DNA of 64,000 nt from contig CALHNI010000001.1 of the NCBI GenBank assembly GCA_938034975.1, positions 105,807-169,806 on the forward strand, in the 5' to 3' direction. Position 1 is the first letter of the stretch. Each line of letters opens with the position of its first letter. Source of the DNA: Candidatus Goldiibacteriota bacterium (GTDB taxonomy: Bacteria; Oederibacteriota; PGYV01; DYJU01). Positions 56,269-64,000 of this stretch are shown here, one piece after another. Position numbers and translations under genes: made by a program. The notes under the pieces are model-generated. The model made no database searches and was not told the DNA's origin. It saw only the letters and a list, made by a program, of their open reading frames with translations.

Positions 56269-56713
56269 TATTATGGAATTAGTTTCAAAAAATTATTTAA
56301 AAAAAGGGAGAGATTTGAGTAAGATACCTATTGGTAGTAAAGTAAAAGTAAATACCAAGATAACAGAAGCCGGGAAAGAAAGGATTCAGACCTTTGAAGG
56401 TATAGTAATTGCAAAGCATGGGAGTGGAATAAATGCGACTTTTACAGTCAGAAAGATATGTGCAGGTGGTATTGGTGTAGAAAAAACTTTTCCATTACAT
56501 TCACCTGTTATTGAAAGTATAAAAATAGTAAAACAAGGTGAAACGAAAAGGGCAAAATTGTATTATTTAAGACAGACATTTGGCAGAAAAGCAAGGCGTG
56601 AATCCATGCGTTTTGATAAAGAAGCAACTAAAGAAGAAATAGAAAGTTTACATATGTATTCAGAAGAAAAAGAGGAAGTTAAAGAAAACGTAAAAACAGA
56701 AGAAAAGAAGTAG
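56261..56713 (+). CDS. rplS: 50S ribosomal protein L19 with acidic/Lys-rich C-terminal extension
   Basis: 150 aa with KERIQTFEGIVIAKHGSGINATFTVRK and AKLYYLR motifs, plus an extra tail of about 35 aa. Confidence 0.92.
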   Translation: MNNIMELVSKNYLKKGRDLSKIPIGSKVKVNTKITEAGKERIQTFEGIVIAKHGSGINATFTVRKICAGGIGVEKTFPLHSPVIESIKIVKQGETKRAKLYYLRQTFGRKARRESMRFDKEATKEEIESLHMYSEEKEEVKENVKTEEKK

Positions 56714-56734
56714 TTTTTTTTAAACATTATATAG

Positions 56735-57907
56735 ATGGAGAAAAAATATTTATTAGAAAGATTAATTTTCATTACCATCCTTTTTACTTTGGGGACTGTT
56801 TTTTCTGAAGTTTTTGTTAATATTTTTATATGGCGGCTGAAAAATGATTATTTTTTAATAATAACATACCTTTTTGCATGTTATTTAACAATACCTTTTA
56901 TATTTTATATTTCAGGCTATATCGGAATGTCGTTAGATAGAGTATGGATTTATAAAATCGGGATAATTTTTCATGCTTTATTTTATTTTTTAATATTGAT
57001 ATTTAATAAAAATATTACTTCTCACCTTATTGAATTAGGCATAATAAAAGGTATTGCAATGGGATTTTACTGGTTTGGTTATCATATATTAGTTTTTGAT
57101 TATACTGCAAAAGAAAACAGAGACTATTTTTATGCCAACCTTGCTATAATTTCTGCTGTTATTTCTTTGCTTGCGCCTTTTGCTGCTGGTTTTTTAATAA
57201 ACAGGTTTATTGATTATAAAGGTTATTATACAGTTTTTATAATATCCTCGTTATTTTTTATTTTTGCAGTTTACTTATCAACCAAACTTAAATCAGTGCC
57301 AATAAAAAAGCCATATAAAATAGAAGACCTTATTTTTACTAAAAATAAAAAATGGCGTGGAACAATGATAGCTTATTTTTTTCTGGCAGCCAAAGACACA
57401 ATTTCCATGTTTTTGATTTCAATATTGGTTTTTAAAGTTACAGGAAATGAGTTTTCCCTTGGTAAATACATATTTTTGGTATCAGGGATTACCATTGCAA
57501 CTTCATATTTTATCGGCAAATTTTCAAAGCCTGAAACAAGACATAGTTATGTTTTAGTAGGTAGCATTATTTATTTTCTTGCATGTATAATTTTAATTTA
57601 TAAGATAAATTTCCAGACATTAATTTTATATGGTATTTTTTCTGCAATAGCTGATTATTTAATAAGGATACCTTTATCTGCGTATGCGCTTGATATAATA
57701 AGCCTTGACGCAAATGCAAGTGAAAGGAAAATGGAATATATAGTTGCAAGAGATATACCCATTGCTTTGGGAAGGATAATAATACTTGTTGTATTTGCGA
57801 TTTTTTTACAATATATAAATGAATCCGCGGTTAAAGCAATAATTTTTATCATATCTTTCATGCCATATCTTATGTATAAAGCAATGTATAAACATCAAAA
57901 GGTTTAA
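56735..57907 (+). CDS. MFS-type transporter (about 12 TM)
   Basis: 390 aa, polytopic with two 6-TM halves. The substrate is unknown. Confidence 0.6.
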   Translation: MEKKYLLERLIFITILFTLGTVFSEVFVNIFIWRLKNDYFLIITYLFACYLTIPFIFYISGYIGMSLDRVWIYKIGIIFHALFYFLILIFNKNITSHLIELGIIKGIAMGFYWFGYHILVFDYTAKENRDYFYANLAIISAVISLLAPFAAGFLINRFIDYKGYYTVFIISSLFFIFAVYLSTKLKSVPIKKPYKIEDLIFTKNKKWRGTMIAYFFLAAKDTISMFLISILVFKVTGNEFSLGKYIFLVSGITIATSYFIGKFSKPETRHSYVLVGSIIYFLACIILIYKINFQTLILYGIFSAIADYLIRIPLSAYALDIISLDANASERKMEYIVARDIPIALGRIIILVVFAIFLQYINESAVKAIIFIISFMPYLMYKAMYKHQKV

Positions 57908-57968
57908 TAACTTATACTTTTAAAAATAGTATTAAAAATCCATTTAAATAAAATTTAAAAATTTATTA

Positions 57969-57997
57969 TTGACAAAAAAGCCATTTTATAATATAAA
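57969..57997 (+). promoter_or_regulatory. Sigma70-type promoter (TTGACA-N17-TATAAA) for the TPR/Tad-like locus
   Basis: attaTTGACAaaaaagccattttataaTATAAAttt lies about 25 nt upstream of the ATG at 58024. Confidence 0.55.
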
Positions 57998-58023
57998 TTT
58001 TTTATAAAATATAGAGGGTTTTT

Positions 58024-59367
58024 ATGAGAAAAAAATATATAAAAACATTATTTATAGTTTTCTTTATTACTATCTTTTTTAAGTATATCTTTTGTTTTGA
58101 TATAAAAACAAAACTTGAAGAATTATATTCGGCAGAAAAAAATTTTACCATTAAAAAACACATAAAATTAGCATTACAATACTATGAAAAGGGTTTTAAA
58201 AAAAGTTTTTTAGAAGAAATCAGGTTACTTGCCCAGATAAAAAGTGAATACAGGGATATTATTAGCCAGTTAGGGACAGAGTTTAATACCGATATGACTG
58301 ATAATGGTTTTAGTAATTCCTCCAATGAAAATAAAAAAAGTTTTCTTATAAACAAATTTGAAAAAGTTAATAAATATTATAAAGAAAGTAAATTATCAAA
58401 TGCAATTGTTGAATTGCAAAGTATTTTAGAATTGGATAAAGAAAACAAAACAGCAATACAGATGTTAAATAACATAAAAGAAGAAGAATTTGTTTTTGAT
58501 GATTCAAAGCCATTTCAGAATCTGGTTAAAGAATTATATGATAAAGGAATGGTTTTTTACAGAAAAGGGTCATATAAAGATGCAATTGAAAAATTTGAAA
58601 AAGCAAAAGAACTTGATCCAACAAATACTTTTGTGAAAAGATTTTTAAATTTATCCAGGGAAAGGTTAATAAATATTAAAAGAAAAGAAGACGAAGACAG
58701 ATTGATAGAAGAAGCAAATAAATTAAGGACAGAAGGAGAAATTAAAAAATCAAGAAGTTTATATGAAAAAGTTTATACCTATAATAAAAATAACAAACAG
58801 GCAGAATTTTATTTAAATGAATTTAACAGAATAAGTGATGAACTTTATAAAGAAGCCTTTGAACTTAAAAATAACGATAAATTAAAAGAAGCTTATAGTA
58901 AGGTAAAAGAAGCTTTGGAATTTAATGAAAAAAATTTTCCTGCCTCCAATCTTGAAAAAGAATTAAAGATGAAACTTGCTGTTTATAATGAAAGAGAGAG
59001 GATTCAGAAAAAAGTCAATCAACTATATAACAAAGGGGTATCATGTTTTGAAAAAGGAAATTATGAATGTGCATGCAAGTATTGGGAAGAAGTTCTTAAA
59101 ATAAATCCTGATGATGAACAGACAAAGAAAAATATTGAGATTGCAAAGGAAAGAGTTAAAGAATTTGAAATAAAAAAAGAAACAAAAATTAAAAAATTAA
59201 TTTCTGAGGCAGAAATTTTAATTGGTCAGGGATTACTTGAAAAAGCCAAAAGCAAATATGAATATGTTCTTAGGTTGGATGGCGATAATCTTAAGGCAAT
59301 ACAGGGAATAAAAAAGATAGAAGAATTAAATATGATAAAAGTGGGTGAAAAGATTGAAAAAAGATAA
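58024..59367 (+). CDS. TPR-repeat protein with N-terminal membrane anchor/signal
   Basis: 447 aa with N-terminal hydrophobic LFIVFFITIFFKYIFC. It has repeats such as FYRKGSYKDAIEKFEKAKELDPTN and CFEKGNYECACKYWEEVLKINPDD. Confidence 0.7.
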   Translation: MRKKYIKTLFIVFFITIFFKYIFCFDIKTKLEELYSAEKNFTIKKHIKLALQYYEKGFKKSFLEEIRLLAQIKSEYRDIISQLGTEFNTDMTDNGFSNSSNENKKSFLINKFEKVNKYYKESKLSNAIVELQSILELDKENKTAIQMLNNIKEEEFVFDDSKPFQNLVKELYDKGMVFYRKGSYKDAIEKFEKAKELDPTNTFVKRFLNLSRERLINIKRKEDEDRLIEEANKLRTEGEIKKSRSLYEKVYTYNKNNKQAEFYLNEFNRISDELYKEAFELKNNDKLKEAYSKVKEALEFNEKNFPASNLEKELKMKLAVYNERERIQKKVNQLYNKGVSCFEKGNYECACKYWEEVLKINPDDEQTKKNIEIAKERVKEFEIKKETKIKKLISEAEILIGQGLLEKAKSKYEYVLRLDGDNLKAIQGIKKIEELNMIKVGEKIEKR

Positions 59368-59509
59368 ATCTGCTCAGACAATTGTTGAATACATAATTAT
59401 TATTTCTTTTGTTTTTATTTTAAGTGTTCTTTTAACAAGATTTTTTTCTATTATGCTTGCAAATTTTTTAAAAAATTTTTTATTTATAATTTATTTGCCG
59501 GTGCCATAA
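59345..59509 (+). CDS. Candidate unannotated Flp-like small pilin ORF (54 aa, GTG or TTG start)
   Basis: Own translation gives (M)KRLKKDKSAQTIVEYIIIISFVFILSVLLTRFFSIMLANFLKNFLFIIYLPVP*. It carries the same [KS]xQxx[VL]E[YF] plus hydrophobic-helix signature as the four downstream Tad-type proteins. The RBS is weak and the ORF is below the track length cut-off. Confidence 0.4.
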   Translation: MKRLKKDKSAQTIVEYIIIISFVFILSVLLTRFFSIMLANFLKNFLFIIYLPVP

Positions 59510-59525
59510 AAAAGGAGGTGGGAAA

Positions 59526-59723
59526 ATGAAAAAAATTTTAAAAGGCAAAAAGGCGCAAGGATTGGTGGAGTATATACTTATCATTGCATTAATTGCGATT
59601 TTGGTTATTGGTGGGGTTAAATTATTTGGTGGGAAAGTCAAAAAATCTTTTAAAGATGCAGCAGAAACAATAAGCGAAGAAGTAAATACTAGTATTGAAA
59701 ATAAAGATGTAATTGAAGATTAA
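59526..59723 (+). CDS. flp: Flp/Fap-family pilin
   Basis: 65 aa with a strong RBS (aaggaggtg). The sequence MKKILKGKKAQGLVEYILIIALIAILVIGG has the typical Flp leader and hydrophobic helix. Confidence 0.8.
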   Translation: MKKILKGKKAQGLVEYILIIALIAILVIGGVKLFGGKVKKSFKDAAETISEEVNTSIENKDVIED

Positions 59724-59734
59724 GGACACAAAAA

Positions 59735-60289
59735 ATGACATACAACACAGGGAAAACAAAAGCACAAAGTTTGGTTGAATTTTGTTTAATTCTTCCGATT
59801 TTTCTTTTGTTTTCCCTGGGACTAATACAGTTTTCTCTTATAATATTTAATATATTCATGGTTAAATATACAGCATATATCTCAGGAAGAGTTGCTGTTG
59901 CTTATTACAATGCTGATGAAAAAATTGAAAATGCAAAACAGGCAGATAAAATTATGAAATTTATAATGTCTATATTAAATACAGAAGCGACTTTTTCTTT
60001 AAATACAGTTAAAAATATTTTGCTGAATTTTGTCATAGAAAAAATAGAAAAGAGCGAAATTGAAATAGAAAAAATTAATATTACAAATTCAAAAGAAAAA
60101 TATATAAACGTAAAAGTTAAATATTATATGCCATTAAAAGTTCCTTTTGTTAATAAAATTTTTGGATTTTTCAATAAAGATGAGGACATCGGTTATTTTA
60201 AAAAATTAATTTTATTCAAATTAAAAGAACCGCATTATCTGATAAAGGCAAATGCTGTAATGAGGTGTCCTTTTTATGAAGAAGAATAG
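59735..60289 (+). CDS. tadE: TadE-like pseudopilin
   Basis: 184 aa with an N-terminal KAQSLVEFCLILPIFLLFSLGLIQFS (TadE motif). Confidence 0.75.
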   Translation: MTYNTGKTKAQSLVEFCLILPIFLLFSLGLIQFSLIIFNIFMVKYTAYISGRVAVAYYNADEKIENAKQADKIMKFIMSILNTEATFSLNTVKNILLNFVIEKIEKSEIEIEKINITNSKEKYINVKVKYYMPLKVPFVNKIFGFFNKDEDIGYFKKLILFKLKEPHYLIKANAVMRCPFYEEE

Positions 60290-61361
60290 AATATTTAAAG
60301 AAAATTCCAGAGGCCAGATATTGGTTATGGCGATTTTTGTGTTTGTAATAATTTTTATTTTTGCTTTTCTTGTAATTGAAACAGGAAATTTAATTTATAA
60401 AAAAATTCATATACAAAATGCATGTGATTCAGCTGCTTTAGAAGGTGGTATATGGTATGCTAGAATATTAAATATAGTAGCGATAACAAATAAAATTTTA
60501 GCCGGAACTTATGTTGCTACATTTCTTTCATTTGGTATTTTAAAAAATAGTATTGACATGGTTCAAATTATTCAGGACTGGATTATAAATTTATCGCCTT
60601 ATTTTATTTGTGGTGCCGTTTTGCTTAATGGTCATCAGAATAAATTATTAAGTATTCCGCTTTTTAATAAAGAAGCCGGAGAAAATTCAATTAATAATTC
60701 ATTATCAGATTTTTCTTTTTCAAAAATTACTTCTTTGTTTCCTGATATTATTAATAATATAAATATTGAAAACGAAGTTTTTAATAAGATAAAAGAGTTT
60801 GCAAATTTAAATATGGATGGTGATTATTCTATTATACCAAATCTAAACTTAAAAAGACAAACAGCCGCAAGTATTTTAACAACAGAAGTCAGATATTATT
60901 ATAAAGAAAATAATGTTAAAAAATATGTTGATGCCAATAATGTGTCGTATAATCACAAAGCGAAAAGATGGCAGATAATAAATCCAATCCAAACTAAAAA
61001 TGGACCAAGAAGATATTTTGTAACCAGGGAAGTAGTGAATAAATATAATTTTAATGCTGATGAAAACAACCCTTTAAAAGCATTCATTGAAGAAAAAGGG
61101 CCACATTATATATGGGTAGGAAGCGTAAAAACCGGTAATGAATTTTTAATAGTAAAAAATTTATTTAAAGATGAAAAGAAAAAAAAGATTGAATCAAATA
61201 AATTTTTTATAACGATGTCAAAAGTCGTTGTAGATGGCGGTTCTATGGATGTCCATGATTTAAATGGCGCAAATTATTCGCCTAAATTTGAAAGAGCGGG
61301 TTTGCCTGTAAACATCGGAAATTTTGATGAAAAATTTTTAAGTAAATTCTTATTACATTAA
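60276..61361 (+). CDS. tadG: TadG-like (Tad N-terminal domain) pilus assembly protein
   Basis: 361 aa with SRGQILVMAIFVFVIIFIFAFLVIETGNLIYKKIHIQNACDSAALEGG, matching the TadE/G-like N-domain pattern. Confidence 0.7.
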   Translation: MKKNRIFKENSRGQILVMAIFVFVIIFIFAFLVIETGNLIYKKIHIQNACDSAALEGGIWYARILNIVAITNKILAGTYVATFLSFGILKNSIDMVQIIQDWIINLSPYFICGAVLLNGHQNKLLSIPLFNKEAGENSINNSLSDFSFSKITSLFPDIINNINIENEVFNKIKEFANLNMDGDYSIIPNLNLKRQTAASILTTEVRYYYKENNVKKYVDANNVSYNHKAKRWQIINPIQTKNGPRRYFVTREVVNKYNFNADENNPLKAFIEEKGPHYIWVGSVKTGNEFLIVKNLFKDEKKKKIESNKFFITMSKVVVDGGSMDVHDLNGANYSPKFERAGLPVNIGNFDEKFLSKFLLH

Positions 61362-61364
61362 ATT

Positions 61365-61850
61365 ATGAAAAACAAAAATAAATCTCAGGCACTTTTGGAA
61401 TTTGTTATTTTAATACCTTTATTGATATTTTTTTTTATTGGTATATGGCAATTTGCCAGTATTTTTATAACTAAAATTAAACTTGCCATTTTAGAAAGAG
61501 AAATAATGATGTATATAAATTCTGATATTGATGAAGAAGAAAAGGTGGATGAATTTATAAAAAGTTATGCTGAAATTGCAGGATTAAAGTATAATAATTT
61601 AAAAGTTGAATTTAAAGGCGGTTTTGGGCAAGCATTAAAAGGTAATATAATAACAAATTTATTTAATAAATTTATAAGTATCAGAGTTATAATAACATAT
61701 AAAGAAAAATTACTCCCCCCTTTTTCATTATTAGCCGGTAAAGAAAATATTGTTCTAACAACTGATTTGCATACTGCCCATGGTGGGAGTTTTAATTTAA
61801 CAGCTGAAAATTTAATAGAAAAAATTGTTAATATTTTTAATCAACAGTAA
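61365..61850 (+). CDS. tadE: TadE-like pseudopilin (second copy)
   Basis: 161 aa with an N-terminal KSQALLEFVILIPLLIFFFIGIWQFASIF. Confidence 0.72.
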   Translation: MKNKNKSQALLEFVILIPLLIFFFIGIWQFASIFITKIKLAILEREIMMYINSDIDEEEKVDEFIKSYAEIAGLKYNNLKVEFKGGFGQALKGNIITNLFNKFISIRVIITYKEKLLPPFSLLAGKENIVLTTDLHTAHGGSFNLTAENLIEKIVNIFNQQ

Positions 61851-61856
61851 ATAATT

Positions 61857-62594
61857 ATGAATAAATATAAATATTTTTTAATTTTAATAGTAATTTTATC
61901 ACCTTTTTTTTATGCTTTTATCTATGATGAAATACCAGGTTTAAATAATTTTGAAGGTTTTAAAGTTATTGGTTTTTCAAAAAATTCAGAATTTTTAATA
62001 AATGATAAAAAGATAAAATTAAAAACTTTTTTAACCGATAGCCATCAGGGGGATGTTATAGGTTATTATTTAAGTTATGCAAAGGAAAAAGATTTTGAGA
62101 TAATTGATAATCAATATATAAAAAATATGGCAAATATACTTTTAAAATACGAAAACTATTATTATAATCCTGATTTTGATTGTATATTTTACATTGATAA
62201 AAATAAAACAGGCAATTTGGTTATAGCATCAACAGTTTCAGATAAAACAAAAGTTATTTTCATGAAAATACCTGTTAATATAAATACAACCATAAATTTA
62301 AAGAAAATAAAAAATTTAAAATTACCCGATGAAATATCCGGTATTTTATATATGAAATTTTCTGAAGGTAAAAATAATTATACATCTTTTTATTATGGTA
62401 TTTTAAATACATCAAATTTTAATTTTGTGATAGGCAACTGGTTAAAAAAGTTAAAAGAAGAAAAATGGCAGATAACTGAATTAAATAGCAAAAATGAGAA
62501 TAACAAATTTTTATTTTTAAAAAAAAATAAAAATGAATATTTCATCACATTAACAATTATAGAAAGAAAATATTATTTAAGCATAATAGGATAA
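61857..62594 (+). CDS. Hypothetical exported protein within the Tad-like locus
   Basis: 245 aa with an N-terminal hydrophobic segment (YFLILIVILSPFFYAFI). No recognisable domain. Confidence 0.45.
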   Translation: MNKYKYFLILIVILSPFFYAFIYDEIPGLNNFEGFKVIGFSKNSEFLINDKKIKLKTFLTDSHQGDVIGYYLSYAKEKDFEIIDNQYIKNMANILLKYENYYYNPDFDCIFYIDKNKTGNLVIASTVSDKTKVIFMKIPVNINTTINLKKIKNLKLPDEISGILYMKFSEGKNNYTSFYYGILNTSNFNFVIGNWLKKLKEEKWQITELNSKNENNKFLFLKKNKNEYFITLTIIERKYYLSIIG

Positions 62595-62607
62595 AAAGGA
62601 GAAAAAA

Positions 62608-63375
62608 ATGAACTTTAAAGAATTAAAAACAGAAACAAAATTACTTTTAATTTCACTTTTATCTGGTTTGCTTGCTGCTTTATTAATTTATTTTTTTGTT
62701 TCGGAAAAAGAAAAATTTATTTTACAAAAAATTGAACCGGTAAAGGTTGTTGTTGCTGCCAAATATATTCCGGCATGGTCAGAAATTACAGAAGATATGG
62801 TTGATTTTGCGGACATGCCAAAAAACTGGGTAACCGATGCACATATTTTGGATCCTAAAAAAGCATTAAAAAAAGTCGCAATAGGACCATTTATAAAAAG
62901 CGAACCCATACTTATAAATAAAATTACAGAAAGAGGAGAAGAATTAAATACAGCAATTCCGCTCGGTTTAAGGGCGGTAAGTGTTGGAGTAAATGAAATA
63001 ACAGGAGTGAGTTATATGATAAAACCAGGTGATTATGTTGATTTAATACTTACTTATGAAGATTCCCGTGAAAAAAAATTATATACAGCAACTATCTTAC
63101 AGGCAATAAAAGTAATTGCGGTTGGTAATAATTTCAAAATGAAGGGAAAAGAAGAAATTTATTCAACCGTAACATTTGCAGTAAGTCCAGAAGAAGCAGA
63201 AATAATTACTTTTGCAAAAGAAAAAGGGAAAATAAACCTTGCGTTAAGGCCTATAGGTGACAGAACAGTTGAAAAAATAAGACAGGTTTCTTTTAATGAT
63301 ATACTTAATCAGATAAAAAAGACAGAAAAAGGGGAAGAAGAAAAATTTATTTTACAAAAAAGAGAAGAGTTTTAA
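62608..63375 (+). CDS. cpaB: Flp pilus assembly protein CpaB/RcpC
   Basis: 255 aa with an N-terminal TM, a SAF-like region, LRAVSVGVNEITGVSYMIKPGDYVDLILT and a LALRP motif. Confidence 0.8.
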   Translation: MNFKELKTETKLLLISLLSGLLAALLIYFFVSEKEKFILQKIEPVKVVVAAKYIPAWSEITEDMVDFADMPKNWVTDAHILDPKKALKKVAIGPFIKSEPILINKITERGEELNTAIPLGLRAVSVGVNEITGVSYMIKPGDYVDLILTYEDSREKKLYTATILQAIKVIAVGNNFKMKGKEEIYSTVTFAVSPEEAEIITFAKEKGKINLALRPIGDRTVEKIRQVSFNDILNQIKKTEKGEEEKFILQKREEF

Positions 63376-63379
63376 TTTA

Positions 63380-63916
63380 CTATTTTAAATTTTTAAAATC
63401 ATTTTCAAAAGTTTCTTTTGGCCTGTAGCCGATATAATTTTTAATTATGTTGCCATTTTTATCAATTATAAATGTTGTAGGAATACCACGAATACCACCA
63501 TATTTTTGTATAGTTATTTCATCTGCAAGTAAAACAGGATAGTTTATTTTAAATTCTTTTACAAAATTTTTAACTTTGGTTTCATTATCAATAGCAACTC
63601 CTATTATGGATAGACCTTCATTTTTATATTTTTTATAAAGTTCAACAAAAGAAGGAATTTCTGCTCTGCAAGGTGGGCACCAGGTTGCCCAGAAATTTAA
63701 AATAACAACTTTATCTTTAAAATCAGATAGTTTAATCTTTTTACCATTTATGTCGGATAATTCAAAGTCATAGGCAATTGTTGATACTGGTTCTGTTTTT
63801 GTTGGTTCATTCCGGACTGATTCAGAGGATTTTTTAATTTTTGTCTTTGATGAAAACAGAAAAAATATAAAAAGGAGAATTAAAATAATAATTAAATTCA
63901 GAATTTTTTTATTCAT
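63380..63916 (-). CDS. TlpA/ResA-like periplasmic thiol:disulfide oxidoreductase
   Basis: Start set at the ATG at 63916 (RBS aaagga). It has a signal anchor and a WATWCPPCRAEIP thioredoxin motif. Confidence 0.85.
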   Translation of the reverse strand: MNKKILNLIIILILLFIFFLFSSKTKIKKSSESVRNEPTKTEPVSTIAYDFELSDINGKKIKLSDFKDKVVILNFWATWCPPCRAEIPSFVELYKKYKNEGLSIIGVAIDNETKVKNFVKEFKINYPVLLADEITIQKYGGIRGIPTTFIIDKNGNIIKNYIGYRPKETFENDFKNLK

Positions 63917-64000
63917 GCAATTTCCTTTCATAAAATATTTATTTTGCAAAAAAATTTAAAAAACTAAACCACTGCGCAATTATAGTTAAACTACCTGTGA

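Noticed and set aside
63950-64000. Feature at the extreme 3' end of the window
   Set aside because: Only 51 nt remain after the thioredoxin-like gene start region, which is too short to interpret.

Overview
AT-rich (roughly 30% GC by eye), densely coding bacterial chromosomal window with about 65 CDS and 4 tRNAs, all four with an encoded 3' CCA. Most of it is housekeeping. This includes the start of the dcw cluster (mraZ, a STAS gene, rsmH, ftsL, partial ftsI), nth, an rRNA/tRNA-modification block, serS, argG-argH, tmk-holB-ricT-metG-tatD, trpDCFBA, accD-folC-cysE-ligA, GT4 plus GH57, purD, purE, tsaC and rpsP-KH-trmD-rplS. There are three accessory loci. (1) A minus-strand operon encodes a 1116-aa surface protein with FlgD-Ig/T9SS-like C-terminal domain, a PorV-like outer-membrane barrel, a PilT-TPR fusion and an HExxH membrane protein. 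(2) Two tandem PilB/GspE-type ATPases with MshEN-type N-termini are followed by a galactokinase homologue that has lost all three GHMP motifs. (3) A partial Tad/Flp-like pilus locus lacks ATPase, platform and secretin genes in the window. The most unusual signals are non-coding. Family A is a TIR-bounded miniature element with 4 copies and 8-bp target-site duplications. Every copy lies in the same orientation with its 3' end exactly 25 nt before a start codon and 13 nt before the Shine-Dalgarno. Family B is a roughly 160-210 bp element with 6 copies and a hairpin at each terminus. Its right end lies 13-15 bp upstream of a -35-like hexamer in 4 of 6 copies. No transposase, CRISPR array, rRNA or recognisable defence system is present. 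All calls come from reading the sequence and the ORF translations; no database search was run.
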